From assembly GCA_030704615.1 (NCBI GenBank), contig CM060734.1, positions 35,960,001-36,024,000 on the forward strand: a stretch of DNA of 64,000 nucleotides. Reading direction: 5' to 3'. Positions 63,646-64,000 of this stretch are shown here, piece after piece (position 1 is the first letter of the stretch; every line of letters begins with the position of its first letter). The position numbers were made by a program, and so were the translations under genes. The notes under the pieces were generated by a model. It searched no databases. It was not told where the DNA came from and saw only the letters and a list, made by a program, of their open reading frames with translations. The stretch comes from Takakia lepidozioides. Taxonomy: Eukaryota; Plantae; Bryophyta.

Positions 63646-64000
63646 TGATTGGTGATACTTCTTAACAATTTGTCATCTCCAAGGAAATTTGCACCAATGA
63701 GTGTGACTCAATGTCTACATGACCTAATGATACAATAGATAAATTAGGTGATCAGATAGCAAAAAGCATGACTTACTAGTACATGTTGTCATCTATAAAA
63801 AGTGTTTCACATATGCATATTTGAGATTTAGAGGGGTTGCTCAATGAAAAATTGGAAATCAATGTACATGTTGATTAACAAACACATGGAATACATACAA
63901 GCCCTCCCCTCTTGTAATTTTTTGAGTAGGTTGTGAATTTATAAATAGAGTATCGAAGTTGTTTGCAAGTTTTTAAAGAGAACATGTTAATTACGTCGAT

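Overview
Repeat-rich nuclear DNA of a land plant, probably a non-seed plant (bryophyte or lycophyte-like; inferred from the PAL C-terminus and the PLS-PPR style). There are two apparently intact host genes: a 3-exon WW-domain/EAR/zinc-ribbon CFL1-like gene (26842-28684) and a 4-exon phenylalanine ammonia-lyase (37777-40811). The rest is mostly nested CACTA (En/Spm) transposons and pseudogenes. (1) A decayed autonomous CACTA has TnpD and a multi-exon TnpA-like gene arranged head-to-head, and its TnpA carries an FCP1-like HAD phosphatase domain. (2) A complete 4.76-kb non-autonomous CACTA (TSD TGG) interrupts that gene. (3) A 14.4-kb CACTA (TSD TGA) sits inside a PLS-PPR pseudogene and itself contains a long inverted-repeat element and LINE pieces. 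(4) A tandemly duplicated, scrambled PPR pseudogene cluster descends from a parent that appears to have fused an OSB-type 'PDF' ssDNA-binding motif to the PPR array. Also present are an exportin-2 (CSE1) retro-pseudogene, a tRNA-derived SINE family, Helitron remnants and microsatellites. All family assignments are by motif recognition only; no searches were run.
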